A DNA stretch of 44,887 bases. Origin: a virus. Lineage: Duplodnaviria; Caudoviricetes. The stretch is taken from the IMG/VR virus record IMGVR_UViG_3300049136_000121, positions 1 to 44,887 of that record; one strand, written 5' to 3'. The position numbers and the translations under genes were made by a program. How positions within the stretch are numbered: position 1 is the first letter of the stretch; each line of letters opens with the position of its first letter. Of the stretch, positions 44,007 to 44,887 are shown one piece after another. The notes under the pieces were generated by a model. The model was not told where the DNA came from. It did not search any database and worked only from the letters and a program-made list of their open reading frames with translations.

Positions 44007-44887
44007 TGCTCTACGAGCCCGACTCCAAGACCGCGGCGTACCTCATCCCGATCACCGCAAAGATAGGCTCTCAGCTGGTCAGGGACATCACCCCCAAGGT
44101 GATTCGCGACCTCGGCGCCGAACTCTATCCCGACGCTTCGACGGACACCTGGATCCGCCACGTCGTCAGCCCCGCTCGAGCGGTGATCAACAATGCCCAC
44201 GATCTCGGCAAATGCCCGCCGATTCGGATCAAGGGCTACAGCCGCGAGGAGCGCGTGCTGCAGGATCGCAAGCGGGGCAAGCGCAGCCGCGTGAAGAAGC
44301 AGCCCGGTTCATGGGAGTGGCTGCTCAAGTTCCGGGCGCATGCCGATCGCCGGCACGCCGCGCTCGCCCTCACGATGTTCGTCACGGGCGCCCGAATCAG
44401 TCAGGCCATCGAGATGCACCCGGGCAAGCATTGCGACCTGCAGAACGGGCGCATCTGCATCCCGGGCGCAAAGGGGCACGACGACCGCTGGCTGGATATA
44501 CCGCCCGAACTGGTCACCGAGCTTGCGAACCTGCCGCCGCTCTATCCTCGGGGATGGGCGCGCAAAAAGGAGAACCTGCGCCTGTTCGGGTTCGCCGACC
44601 GATCGAGCCCCCGGAAGGGTTGGGCGAAAGCATGCAAGGAGGCGGGTATCCCGCTCATCCCGTTCCACGCTGCCGGTCGTCATGGCTTCGGCCAGGAGAT
44701 GAACGTGCGCCAGCCGATCGACGAGAAGGCGGCCGGCGAGTTCGGGGGCTGGGCCGATACCGGCCTGATGCGCCGCACCTATACCCATGCCGAGAACACG
44801 TCGGGCAAGGTCCACCAGGCGTTTTACGCCGGACTGCGAGTCGCGGAGCAGGAAACCGGGCTTACGATCGAGAGGAAGAGCGCGTGA
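43796..44887 (+). CDS. int: Tyrosine recombinase/integrase
   Basis: TGARIS (R), GAKG (K), HAAGRH, GGW, RRTY (Y); start MPLEPY at 43796. Confidence 0.92.
   Translation: MPLEPYLRGSTWWAKGRVEYLGAAITEYYRCSTGASDESGARAWCRDEEERRVRRHLLGDEKALTFAEAVMLYEPDSKTAAYLIPITAKIGSQLVRDITPKVIRDLGAELYPDASTDTWIRHVVSPARAVINNAHDLGKCPPIRIKGYSREERVLQDRKRGKRSRVKKQPGSWEWLLKFRAHADRRHAALALTMFVTGARISQAIEMHPGKHCDLQNGRICIPGAKGHDDRWLDIPPELVTELANLPPLYPRGWARKKENLRLFGFADRSSPRKGWAKACKEAGIPLIPFHAAGRHGFGQEMNVRQPIDEKAAGEFGGWADTGLMRRTYTHAENTSGKVHQAFYAGLRVAEQETGLTIERKSA

Larger units (their letters stand above)
1..44887. mobile_element. Temperate siphovirus-like prophage (integrase to lysis/MTase); exact att boundaries not determined, and 1-850 may be host or phage cargo
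   Basis: Complete lambdoid gene order: int, xis, early genes, cI/cro, replication, packaging, head, non-contractile tail (long tape measure, no sheath), lysis. Confidence 0.95.

Noticed and set aside
1-44887. attL/attR repeats and tRNA genes
   Set aside because: The window ends at the integrase stop, so one att is outside it; no tRNA cloverleaf was recognised

Overview
The window is a near-complete temperate siphovirus-type prophage of a high-GC alphaproteobacterium (Sphingomonadales-like; host assignment is inference). No att site is recognisable. On the - strand, from ~33.5 kb leftwards, it carries cro, a cII-like gene, GapR-like and RuvC-like genes, DnaB and a DUF1376 initiator, terminase, portal, head genes (DUF2213 protease, DUF2184 capsid), tail genes, a lysis cassette and a Dam-like methyltransferase. 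On the + strand, from ~33.6 kb rightwards, it carries cI, a lipoprotein, early genes (HNH, RecT, DUF5131, DUF4326, a second methyltransferase), xis and a tyrosine integrase. The most notable observations are: (1) the portal ends in a 2H-phosphoesterase (Acb1/anti-CBASS-like) domain behind a possibly cleavable linker; (2) a perfect 13-bp motif, TGACGGCGGTAAC, lies upstream of six late-gene blocks, five with a fixed-distance -10-like element, suggesting a distributed late-promoter system; (3) two tandem sigmaEcfG-type promoters at the left edge each precede a two-hairpin, C-rich-loop sRNA candidate; (4) a multibranch structured leader encloses the start region of the Dam-like gene; (5) the tail spike carries an alpha/beta-hydrolase; (6) opposite-strand morons encode a RelE-type TA pair plus YegP, and an HsdR-N nuclease. 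All protein calls come from motif recognition and synteny, not from database searches.
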